The position numbers were made by a program, and so were the translations under genes. Source: Ranitomeya imitator (Eukaryota). From it: a DNA stretch of 64,000 nt. The notes under the pieces are model-generated. The model was not told the origin of the DNA. It saw only the letters and a list, made by a program, of their open reading frames with translations, and made no database searches. This document shows, piece by piece, positions 23,776 through 33,973 of this stretch. Each line of letters begins with the position of its first letter. Positions within the stretch are counted from its first letter, which is position 1. The DNA is taken from the NCBI RefSeq assembly GCF_032444005.1, contig NC_091289.1, forward strand, positions 6,138,001-6,202,000, given 5' to 3'.

Positions 23776-24728
23776 TGTAACACTCCAGGTAACCGGTTGT
23801 TACAGTGGCATTGCTTTCCTCACGGGGAGAGTGATGTCATGCTTGGAAGCGAGGAAGGATCCCTTTATCAGGAATTCAGCACATACAACACTGTTCTGAC
23901 TCCAGGCCAGAAGGGGGAGCTCTGAACCCAGTTTCAGGGGAGCTTCCCTATATAATATATATTCTGGTCTCGAGGAGTTAGTCAGTCTGTCAGAGAGACA
24001 GACAGAGGAGAGTGAAAGCAGATGGAGAAAGTCTGAAAGGAAAGCTGGGGCCATGCAGCCACGTGGGGTGCTGCAGCTCTAGAGCAGTGCAGTCTGTAAG
24101 AGACTGAGAGGGGAAGTGGTGGACAGGAGAGTAAAGAGCTGTGGGTAAGCTGCGACTGAGCTTCCTCCACGCTGAAGTGCAGATACCGGTAGCCGGAAGA
24201 CTGAGGTTGTGTGGCTAACTTCATGCCCCATGGCAGAAACTGGTGGACAGCTAGATTTCAAGTCACCTGTCCACTATTAACACCCAAGGGCACAGTAACA
24301 GATAAAGCCCGGAGTCATCTGAGAGACCTTGTAAAAAGGCTCGAGTTACCTGTCGTGCGAGTAGTGACCTACCAACAAGGCGGACAGAGAGAAAGTGAGG
24401 ACCTTGTGTGAGGCCGAAGGCTGCAAGGGACTACAACACGGCACATAGGGGAAGGCTTCCAATCCCACCTGGCTACGGGGATCCCTGATCCGCTTCCAGG
24501 CCGGCCAGACCACCATCAGCACCTGTGATCTGGTACCCTGGACTGTGGCTGCCTGAATTCTACAGTAAAAAGGTAAAGAGACTGCAACCTTGTGTCCTCT
24601 GTTTCTTACTACACCATCTTCATCTACTACATCGGGAGCCCTGGGGACCCAGCTTCACCTGTGAGAAGCCATACCATCCCTGCTGCCATAACATCACCCC
24701 AGTGGATCCCTTTAAGCAGCATGGGTCA
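23776..24728 (+). mobile_element. Duplicated, 3'-truncated copy of the family A solo LTR at 7270
   Basis: Identical left junction gaggtccg|TGTAAC and high similarity to 7270-8220, so the insertion predates the segmental duplication. Confidence 0.88.
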
Positions 24729-24807
24729 TTGCAGGACAGCATAGAGGGTGGCAGGACTTTGTGTCCCTCTTTTACTGGTATATAGCATTATCTCGTTACA
24801 CAAGCAG

Positions 24808-24847
24808 GTCCCCTGATGACTTGAGCTTGGAAGAAACGCGTCGGGAC
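24808..24847 (+). ncRNA. Minimal hammerhead ribozyme motif, canonical core, weak stem II
   Basis: GUCCC-CUGAUGA-C-UU(GAGCUUGG)AA-GAA-AC(GC)GU-C-GGGAC. It lies in a probable PLE pseudo-LTR remnant (about 24730-25387). Confidence 0.65.
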
Positions 24848-25387
24848 AACAAGAGAGGGAGAGGGAGAGTGCAGGGCATATGTATACAGGGTTAGCTGTG
24901 GACTGCCCTTGTAAGGGCAGGAGCTTTGGGGATAGCTTACCGGTAGCTCCATAGGGATTGACATAGGGATTGTCATCTCCTTTTGATCCGGATGTACATC
25001 TGATTAAAGAAACACCCAGTGCTCCTGTGCCCACCTGATGGAATTGGTGAGACCGTTCCTGTTATTTTGTCTTAAAGCTACAGTTAGCACTTTATGCAGT
25101 ACCTGTTGTTAACTGTCTATTGTTGATATACATATCTGAGTGCATGGGGATTGCTGGTATCTCTTAGATGTTTTGACACAGCTTTCATGAACCCGGACTC
25201 AGAAATATAGGTTCCGAAATTACGGTCGGTAACTTTTTTACCCTGTCTGGGGCTTATCAGTCTCTGATATCCATTATATATGGTGGAGACGTGGCCCATG
25301 TGTCTTATGTGTTCACTTGGGTGACTATTTTTAACTAACTTTATAGTATTAAAAGTTACGTTTTAACTTCCACTTTTTTTGCTTTAT

Positions 25388-26147
25388 CACAGTCCAGGGT
25401 ACCAGTAACAGGTGGTGATAAGGTCCGGCCGGCCAGAAGGCAAAGGTGGATCCTCCTCCCAGGTGAGGTCCGTAAGCCTTCCTACTCACGCTCATATGCG
25501 AGGTCCTTGCTGCCTGTGGCTTGCTGGCAAAGTCCTCTCTCTCCTGTCCAGGTACAGTTACCCGTATGGTGGGCAGTGTGAGCCTTTTTATAGGGTCTCT
25601 TTCATGACCCGAGTTCTTCATGTACTGCTTCACCTTCAGATGTGGGTGCAGGCAGACTACATAAAGTCCTTTCCCTCCGGTTCTGCTGTGCGACCTAGAG
25701 TTCAACACAACCTCGGGCTTCCGGTGCACGGTTCCTGCACTTCGGCCCAGAGGGTGCCTGATCACAGTTCCCCTCTAAGCCCTTTCCTTCTCCTTTGCTC
25801 CTTTCCTCAGATGCTCACTGACATTCCAACCCTACAGGTTATCTTCCTTTCCTGGAGCTGCAGCACAGTCTTGGCTGGATGGCTCCACTCTCTACTCTCC
25901 CTCCTCATTCCTCCACTGTCTGCTACAGACTGTCTACTGTAACTCCTCCTCCAGACCAGAATACCTAAAGTTGGGGAAGGTCCCCTGAATCCGGGTTCAG
26001 AGCTCCCCCTTCTGGCCTGGATTCAGAATGCGTTGCATGTAGGTGCATTATCTGGTGAAGGGAATCCTCCTTGCCTCCAAGCATGATATTACCCTCCCCG
26101 AAGGGAAGGTAACATTACTGTAACAACCGGTTACCTGGAGGGTTACA
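25388..26147 (-). mobile_element. Truncated LTR, family A
   Basis: Ends ggttacctggagggttaca (minus-strand TGTAACCCTCC, as at 7270). Homologous to 13040-13570. Confidence 0.8.
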
Positions 26148-26670
26148 AACTCGCTTGTTGATAAAGAAGCATCCGTGAAGATAAATGCCAACTATCTGCT
26201 GTATATAGTTCATACCAAGTTATTCTCCAGTAGAAAGAAGTTTATTTTTTTGTGGTGGTCTCCATCATTGAACTGTCCAGTACCTGTTCCTGGCAAACCA
26301 ACAAAATTGGTTACATGCGGCCTGCACGGGTGTAGCGCCCTCACAGCACAAGTCCACACATCCAGCCATGACCTCCACATTCAGGTAACGTGGCCGGGTG
26401 CAAAAGATGAGTATTCGGCACACGGTTACGGCTCCGCGCCACGTTATAATTGGCTTAGCAGTCAGGAATGAGCTTTGCAGCTGGAAGAGCAGAGAAATGT
26501 GGGGAAGTTTCTAGTTGTGTGAAGGATAGCGATTGTTTCTCGGTCTAAGATGGCGCTAAACATGGACTCTGTAATAGGGGTTAGTGGCACAAGACAACAA
26601 GAAGGTTCGGCCCATCGTGGGCAAAGGAGGAGCAAAGGGACACAAAGTAGTGCCCAACCCTTTAGAGGTA

Positions 26671-26953
26671 TAATCTTTATTTTATAATCTTTATTTTTAT
26701 ATAGCGCTAACATATTCCGCAGCGCTTTACAGTTTGCACACATATCATCGCTGTCCCCAATGGGGCTCACAATCTAAATTCCCTATCAGTATGTCTTTGG
26801 AATGTGGGAGGAAACCGGAGTACCCGTAGGAAACCCACGCAAACACGGAGAGAACATACAAACTCTTTGCAGATGTTGTCCTTGGTTGGGTTTGAACCCA
26901 GGACTCCAGCGCTGCAAGGCTGCTGTGCTAACCACTGCGCCACCGTGCCGCCC
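26671..26953 (-). mobile_element. tRNA-derived SINE (V-SINE-like core, LINE-derived tail)
   Basis: The minus-strand head GGGCGGCACGGTGGCGCAGTGGTTAGC has A box and B box (GGTTCAAACCC). Core gtttgtatgttctctccgtgtttgcgtgggtttcc; tail gtaaagcgctgcggaatatgttagcgctatat. Absent at the paralogous site near 42100. Confidence 0.9.
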
Positions 26954-26983
26954 AGAGAAAGAACTGGAACTGGAATGGCCGGC

Positions 26984-27892
26984 TGTCACGGATCCATTCT
27001 CCGTGGCGTCACTTATTCATCACGTGCCTGCTCTCACACGTGACTTGGGGTTGTGCCTGCAAGGGGTAATCTATATCCCCACTCTCAATCCAGCATTCAA
27101 CCTCTGTCCTATGCTGTAATGGGAGCTCAAATCACACACCCACACACCCACTCATACGCGCTGCCACCACTCATCGAATACACGGGCGATGAGTCCCGGA
27201 ACTAACAATAATACTAATAAAAATATGTCTATCACTCGTAAGGCTCACACACCTTTAGGCTATGGATTCTTTAGAACATTCAAGGTTCAACTTGTTAAAG
27301 TTTTATACTTTAATAGCAAAAAGTTTAATGCTTACAATAAGAAAAGGTATAAAAATATAATAAAAAGACATACAACTTATGCAAAACAGTGTCAAAATAA
27401 ACAGGAGAAAACTTACAGAAATCATCTATCTGGTAGTTTGCTTTCTGCTTCCTGAGGAGGGGTGAATGAAGTTGGTGGAACACATCAGCTTCTCAGGCTG
27501 CCCTCACATGTGAACACAATTCTCTGTCTGCAGCCTAAATTTATAACTTTGGACTGAGGTCAGGTTTCTAGACCGGCCTCCCAGGTTAATATCATAATTG
27601 CGGTCTGTTTGATTGGGCCACGGCTGCTCTACTAATTAATATATTATTTTCTCTTGTGGAAGGTTCTCAGGAAAACATTCCCTCAGGCCGCAATTAGCGT
27701 CTCCCCTCCAAGACCTAGAAGGTGCCAAATGTTGCTTTTCTTCTCAGCCCTAGCTAGACCCCCTGGTGAGATATGGAGACAGAATTTCTACTAGTCCCAA
27801 GGAAGTACCTATTAACACCTCGGTGCGACTTGCCTTCAGGACAGATATTACATTATCACTAGTCACACATATAACCCTAGACATATGTCCCT

Positions 27893-27950
<58 letters not shown>

Positions 27951-27957
27951 CACCACA
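26984..27957. mobile_element. Solo LTR with 5-bp TSD CCGGC; contains (TA)n at about 27899-27948
   Basis: TGTCAC...CACCACA flanked by ccggc on both sides. The empty site ggaatggccggccgatag is near 42135. Confidence 0.88.
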
Positions 27958-28156
27958 CCGGCCTATAGTGAGGAGTGGCCATTGTAGAAGAACAAAGTGG
28001 AAAGAAAAGGCCCACCTGGTAAGGTATGACTCACAAGAACGAGCAGAGGAGTTAGAGAAATGGGATGGTGAGCCAGAGAAAACTCCAATGAGCAAAAGGT
28101 GGAGCCATGATGGATCTCAAGTGGCGGAAGAGATGGGGCTGTCTGTTGGTTGTGAG

Positions 28157-29591
28157 TGTCACGATTCACACACCATCACCCCCACGTCACAGATCGGGGT
28201 GACTTTAGGCCAACACACGGCTATAACACGTGCAGGGGGGCTTATCTTAGTTATCCCTCCACTCCGCAATGTGATGAAAAAACACACACAAGGCTATTGA
28301 CCTCTTAGTTTACAGCAGGGGCTTATTCTAGGTATCCCACTGCTCTGCAATATACCATGAACTGCATAGATTTATGTATATCCCGCTTACAGTTCCACTT
28401 GAAACTTGCAGCTCTCTGGTGCCCACTTTCTCTCAGGTCAGATTAGGTACTGCACCTGGGGTAATTAGTCGCCAGAAAGGCTGCCTGCTATGTACTGGCT
28501 ATTGGGCACGCTGCAGCGACGCGATGAACTACTCCCACTCAGGCAGGAGCAATAATTATCAACGCCGCAGTCGCTACAACGACACCCAACTACCCAGTAC
28601 AAATGTATGCTGCCACCAGCTTCGATTAAACGGGTCCGAAGCTAACCCAAAACAGTAGCGTAATTCCCTTCAGAAGACTTAGGGTACATTTTAGAGCATG
28701 AAGAACGACTCTAGTATTAAATATTATACTCCGTCAAAAGTTTCAGGTAGTGTTTATAAAAAGTCATATAAGGATGTTACAATATGAGACAATTGAAAAT
28801 ATGTACAAGGTAATTATAAAATAAACAGGGGTTAAATGAGAAGTAACACTTACATGTGTTCAGAGCATTGCAGGCAACCAGGCTAGTGGAGTTTCCATCT
28901 GCCCCAGTGCATTAGGACTCTGGATAGGAACAGCTCTTCAAGTCAAACTCACATAGACTCCAGCAGACAGACTCACTGCTGGGGTCTGGCCAAAAAAACT
29001 TATAGCTGCAGCCTGTGACATCACAGAAAGGGGTTGGTTTACCCCGTCCCTCTTACCTCTTCAGTTTAACTAACTTTAACCTAAATTTGTCTAATGCCTG
29101 TAACTCCGCTACAGAACATGTCATGGTCATAACAAACCCAGCATTAATCTCGTATTAACATTGGCATTCTAATGAGATCAAATATGTCCTATGTGTGATG
29201 CATAAATACAGAGAAATCACTACTTTTAACCTGATGGAGTTAGAAGCTCATGTTTACCGTGATGGATAAAGGCTCCGATGGACTTTAGCAATATCTATTT
29301 AATATTCTGTTAGCCCCAGTCGTTGGCCCAATATCTTACAATAATAGAACAAAGACTCTCATGGATTCTGGAAGCTTCTAATTGAGTTTTCTGCTGGAGG
29401 CAGATTTGAGCCTAGTCGTAAATACCTTTCTTCAATAAAACTCCCCCACATGCATTGACAAGGCAAGCTCTTCTACATCCATTGAAAAGGAAAGCTAAAC
29501 CCTGTCTTAAAGGAAGGGTGGGTCACCACCCACCCTATATGTGCTGGCAGAGAAACAAAACTTATATGATATTTCATACAATATCGTGACA
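28157..29591 (-). mobile_element. Solo LTR with 5-bp TSD GTGAG
   Basis: TGTCACGA...TCGTGACA flanked by gtgag. The empty site ggttgtgagtcaggg is near 42330. Internally related, in reverse, to 31210-32477. Confidence 0.9.
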
Positions 29592-29738
29592 GTGAGTCAG
29601 GGAAGAAGCAGTGAGGTATGATGTGGAGTGGGAGTTATTGTTGATCAAGGGAGGTCTGTCACAGAGTGAGAGAGGAGAGGATCGGATGTGGACGGTTGCG
29701 CCAACTGATGGCGATGGTGGAGGTAGAGGAGAGGCTAG

Positions 29739-30481
29739 TGTTGTGAGTTCTGTTTTTGGGCTCCCTCTGGTGGTTACTGATGGTACTGGGTGACTTGTCT
29801 TTCCTGGGTTTCTGGGTTCCACCTGTTCCATCAGCATATGGGAGTTTCCTATTTAACCTGGCTTTGCTGGCATTTCCTCGCCGGTTTGCAATGTATCCAG
29901 TGTGTCTTGTTACCTCTGCTCCCTGCTCCTAGAACCTTCTGGACAAGCTAAGTTTGGATTTTCCTGTTTTGTGTTTTGCTTAATTTGGTTTTTAGTCCAG
30001 CCTGCAGATATGTGATTCTCTGCTGCTGGTTGCTCTAGTGGGCTGAAATTGCTTTTCATGTACCATGAGTTGGCACATGAGTTCAAGTAATTTCAGGATG
30101 GTTTTTTTGAAGGGTTTTTTGCTGACCGCGCAGTTCACTTTTGTATCCTCTGCTATCTAGCTTTAGCGGGCCTCATTTTGCTGAAACTGTTTTCATACTA
30201 CGTATGTGCTTTCCTCTCATTTCACCGTCATTATATGTGGGGGGCTGCTATTTGCTGTGGGGTATTTCTCTGGAGGCAAGAGAGGTCTGTGTTTCTTCTG
30301 ATAGGGGAAGTTAGATCTTCGGCTGGAGCGAGACGTCTAGGATCATCGTAGGCACGTTCCCCGGCTACTTTTATTTGTGTGTTAGGTTCAGGGTCGCGGT
30401 CAGCTCAGGTTCCATCGCCCTAGAGCTTGTTTGTATCTGTGCTTGTCCTTTTTGTGATCCCCTGCCATTGGGATCATGACA
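29739..30481 (+). mobile_element. Solo LTR of a chromoviral Gypsy family with 6-bp TSD GGCTAG
   Basis: TGTTGTGA...TCATGACA. The start resembles the LTR at 40063. ggctag is on both sides, with a single copy at the empty site near 42480. Confidence 0.88.
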
Positions 30482-31209
30482 GGCTAGGTTGCCTGATGGA
30501 GGAGGCGGAGGCTGGGCATAAGCAAGAAGCTGAACTGCTGACGGCAGACTGGTTAATGGTCCATGGAGATCTTATGAGCCCAGACATCAGTGGGTTCCCT
30601 CCAATCCTGGAAGTGGTTCCCAGCCCTGTACGAATGCCCCCTGCCACTAAGGCGCAGTGGATAGCCAACATCATTCAGGAAAATAAGAGGCAAGAGCACA
30701 TGTGGGGCTTGCTGGCTGGCCCTGGAAGTGAAGATCTGGTGCTGGCCCCATGGGGGTCCTCATTAGTCAGCTGAGAACTGACAGTTACTGTGAGGAGCCG
30801 GAATGTTACACCTTGACCCGTGCGGCCCTCACAGAGGAAAACGGAAACTCCCAAGACTGTGTACTGGTAGAGTATTGGTACCAGGGAAGGTACAGTGTTT
30901 CCAGAACAGAAGGAGATGTGTGTGACAATGTCACTTGTTGATAAAGAAGCGCCTGTGAAGATAAATGCTGACTACCTGCTGTATTTAGTTCATGCAAAGT
31001 TATTCTCCAGTAAAAAGAAATTTATTTTTTTGTGGTGGTCTCAGTCATTGAACTGTCCAGTACCTGGTCCTGGCAAACCAGCAACATTGGTAACATGTGG
31101 CCTGCATGGGCGTAGCTCCCTCACAGGACAAGTCCACACACCCAGCCAGGACCCCCACTTTCATGTAATGTGCCAGGTTGCTATAGATGAGTACCCGGCC
31201 CACGGATCC

Positions 31210-32477
31210 TGTCAGGAATATTATGTATTTGATTCTATATTATCACGCACACTGAGCTCTGCTACATCCATTAGGTCTGTGTACATATGCACGCTGTGGG
31301 CTTTCTAACCCCCCCTCTCTTCCCCCCAGCAGCCTGTGGATGAATACACTTCTCTGCCTGCCAGTGCTGTGTAATTCAAAACCTTTCCCCCCTCCCCCTG
31401 CATGCAGCTGTGAAACCGAAAGTACAGAGTAGCAACGCATGGCAAGCCCTTTGTTTAGCTACAGTGGTCCTTTAAGACCAAATACATCCACACAGGATAT
31501 TCACAGAAATAGGCAGTTTATATTTCTGGAAACCGCAGGGACAGGACTCCCAACTGGCGGGTTTTGGGAGCACAGCGCTTACCAGAAATTGAGAAATGCA
31601 TTATTGCTTAACTGAGGCTCATAGCCAAGCCATGTATGGACTTAAATGAACCCCCATGTCATGCTTAGCATAATGATAATTTTGTCTTTCTTCTAGGTTC
31701 TCCCTAAGAGAAATGGGTAATAGCAGGATTTCATATCTTTCAGAATGGGGAGTATTCAGCCCTCTCAGTGAGGTCAGCACAGGGGGAGTGCCTTGGTTTT
31801 GGGCACAGGTATAAGATAGTGGGAGATCATTTGGCACTAGTCTTTGTCCAGGTAGCTAGCTAAGAGAGGCTCTGAGATGCATTTTGATGTCACCCCTCCC
31901 CCCAGCCGCATGATCAGCCATGACATGAGAGAACTATAACTTTCTTTTCTTCTTTCAATTCCTTTTATTTTGTAATTGTCTGTACATACAATACTTGTCT
32001 CCTTTTATAATATCTTTTTATACTTTTGTAAACACTGCCCACCTTTTGGAGTAAAATATATAAAATTACAAGCTTCGTTTCTCCTTGCTCTATAACGTAC
32101 TTTCACGTCCTCTGAAGTAAATTATGCTACTAATTGGGTTGGCTCCAGACCAATTTTTATTTAAAAAATAGGAGCTGATGGCAGCGGAAGTGTCCTGAGC
32201 CTTTGGAAAAACTGGCAGCGACGGACAGTGTTGATAATTATTGTTCCCGCCTGAGTGGGAGTAGTTACATCGCCCTCGCTGCAGTGTGCCCAATAGCCAG
32301 TACATGGCAAGGCAGCCTTTCTGGCAACTAATTATCCTAGGTGCAGTTCCCTGTCTGACCTGAGGGTATGGGGGGAACCAGAGAGCTGCAAGTTCCAAAC
32401 TAGAACTGGGAAGTGGGATATAAATAAATCCCATAAAGAAAAGAACTGGGGCAACCAAACACCCTCGGTTCATGACA
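31210..32477 (+). mobile_element. Solo LTR with 5-bp TSD GATCC
   Basis: TGTCAGGA...TCATGACA flanked by gatcc. The empty site cacggatcccatc is at about 43155 and 57565. Confidence 0.9.
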
Positions 32478-32637
32478 GATCCCACCACATTACACTCATA
32501 TACTCTCAAAAACCACCATTTTGTATCCCTAGGACTTAGTTTTGAAATGTATTTACAGAATTTTCTTGACTATAGAGTGTGTCTATGATAAATCTTCAGC
32601 AGGAAACATCTGCATATCTTCATGTCGCTGCCTGGCA

Positions 32638-33558
32638 TCAGTGCATATGAACAGCTCTCTGCAGCGCCGCCTTTAGGTCTCTGCTCCGTAGGCTGTAGAT
32701 TAGGGGGTTCACTAAGGGGGTGATTAGTGTATATATCACAGTGACTACTCGGTTCAATGTAAGAAGATTACTCGTGTTAGGGACTAAGTAGATGAAAGTT
32801 ACCGATGCATAAAAAATAAAAACCACAGTAAGGTGAGACGTACAGGTGGAGAAAGCTTTACGTTTTCCGTCACTGGTGCGAATCATAATCACTGTCCTAA
32901 ATATTCTAACATAGGAGTAAAATGTGGCAGCAAAAGCTAGGAAGCCAAGAAAAGAGCCTACAACTATTACGACTAGGACATTGATGGAAATATCAGTACA
33001 AGAGATCTGGAACAAATTGGGCAGATCACAAATGAAATTCTGGATGAAGTTGGGACCACAGAACGTCAACCTTATTAAACATAAAGTATAGAGAATCGGG
33101 GGAAGAAAACTAGATGACCAACTCAAAGATACTATCTGAGTGCACTTACTCCAGGACATGACCTGGGAGTAATGGAGGGGATGACAGATGGTAACATAAC
33201 GGTCGTAAGACATGGAGGACAACAAGGAAGCCTCAGAGCACCCGAAATAGATGACAAAGAACACTTGTGCTATACAGTCTGGGAGGGAGATGGACCAATG
33301 TTGGGTGGTGAGGCCAAAGAGCATCCTCGGAGCAGTCACCGATGAGTAGGACATGTCTAAGAATGCCAAGTTTCCAAGAAAGAAATACATGGGTGTGTGA
33401 AGATGAGGGCAAGTAACTACTAGGAGGATGATGAGAACATTGGTGAAGACGGTCATCAGGTAGATGAGGAGAAAGACGGTGAAGAGGACATGGATGATGC
33501 TCTGATTATCGGATAGACTCAGGAGAAGAACACTGGTGATCAATGTTTGGTTCTTCAT
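32638..33558 (-). CDS. Olfactory receptor, class II (OR3), intact 306 aa
   Basis: All OR motifs are present. It carries the unusual DRYVTIC (Ala to Thr) and CSEASLL (Phe to Ser) relative to its paralogs. Confidence 0.96.
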   Translation of the reverse strand: MKNQTLITSVLLLSLSDNQSIIHVLFTVFLLIYLMTVFTNVLIILLVVTCPHLHTPMYFFLGNLAFLDMSYSSVTAPRMLFGLTTQHWSISLPDCIAQVFFVIYFGCSEASLLSSMSYDRYVTICHPLHYSQVMSWSKCTQIVSLSWSSSFLPPILYTLCLIRLTFCGPNFIQNFICDLPNLFQISCTDISINVLVVIVVGSFLGFLAFAATFYSYVRIFRTVIMIRTSDGKRKAFSTCTSHLTVVFIFYASVTFIYLVPNTSNLLTLNRVVTVIYTLITPLVNPLIYSLRSRDLKAALQRAVHMH

Positions 33559-33708
33559 CTCTATGCTGTGATTCTTACAAAATATTTTATTATCTTTGAT
33601 GACAACAAAGAAATATTAAGAGAATTTGATGGAATCTATGAACGCAATGGGTGAACATATCGGCTCAGATATAATATTGCTGATAGGAATTGCTAACGGC
33701 GTCCTTCA

Positions 33709-33782
33709 TTTTATAACTCATTGGTTCTCCCAGGAGCTGAAGCCACAGAAGCCCAAACCTCAGCTCCACACATCCATAATTA
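33709..33782 (-). promoter_or_regulatory. Candidate OR3 promoter (HD, O/E, TATA)
   Basis: TAATTA at 33777-33782, TCCCAGGAG at 33728-33736, minus-strand TATAAAA at 33715-33709. Confidence 0.4.
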
Positions 33783-33973
33783 ATGTACGGGGTCTCAGGA
33801 CGCTCATTGTGCTTGTTTACTGTGCAGGATTTTGCAGTTTAATTTTAACCAATGAAGATCCACAAGGCACATTTTTGTGGCAAACATCATTCGATATCTG
33901 GCTACTCTCTGTATCTCTCTGGTGTATTCCAGTGTTTGTTAAAAGGTTTGACCGCTTAAAACAAGTTATCACC

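Larger units (their letters stand above)
26148..32494 (+). mobile_element. Heavily deleted LTR retrotransposon (about 280-bp LTRs, about 1-kb interior) hosting five nested insertions
   Basis: Direct repeats at 26148-26447 and 30917-31209 plus 32483-32494. A degenerate tRNA-Ser-type PBS lies at 26451-26468, and the purine tract AGAACAGAAGGAGA precedes TG at 30917. The uninterrupted version is at 41736-43172. Confidence 0.6.

Noticed and set aside
26880-26953. tRNA gene
   Set aside because: A and B boxes are present, but they continue into a SINE core and LINE-like tail, with no complete cloverleaf.
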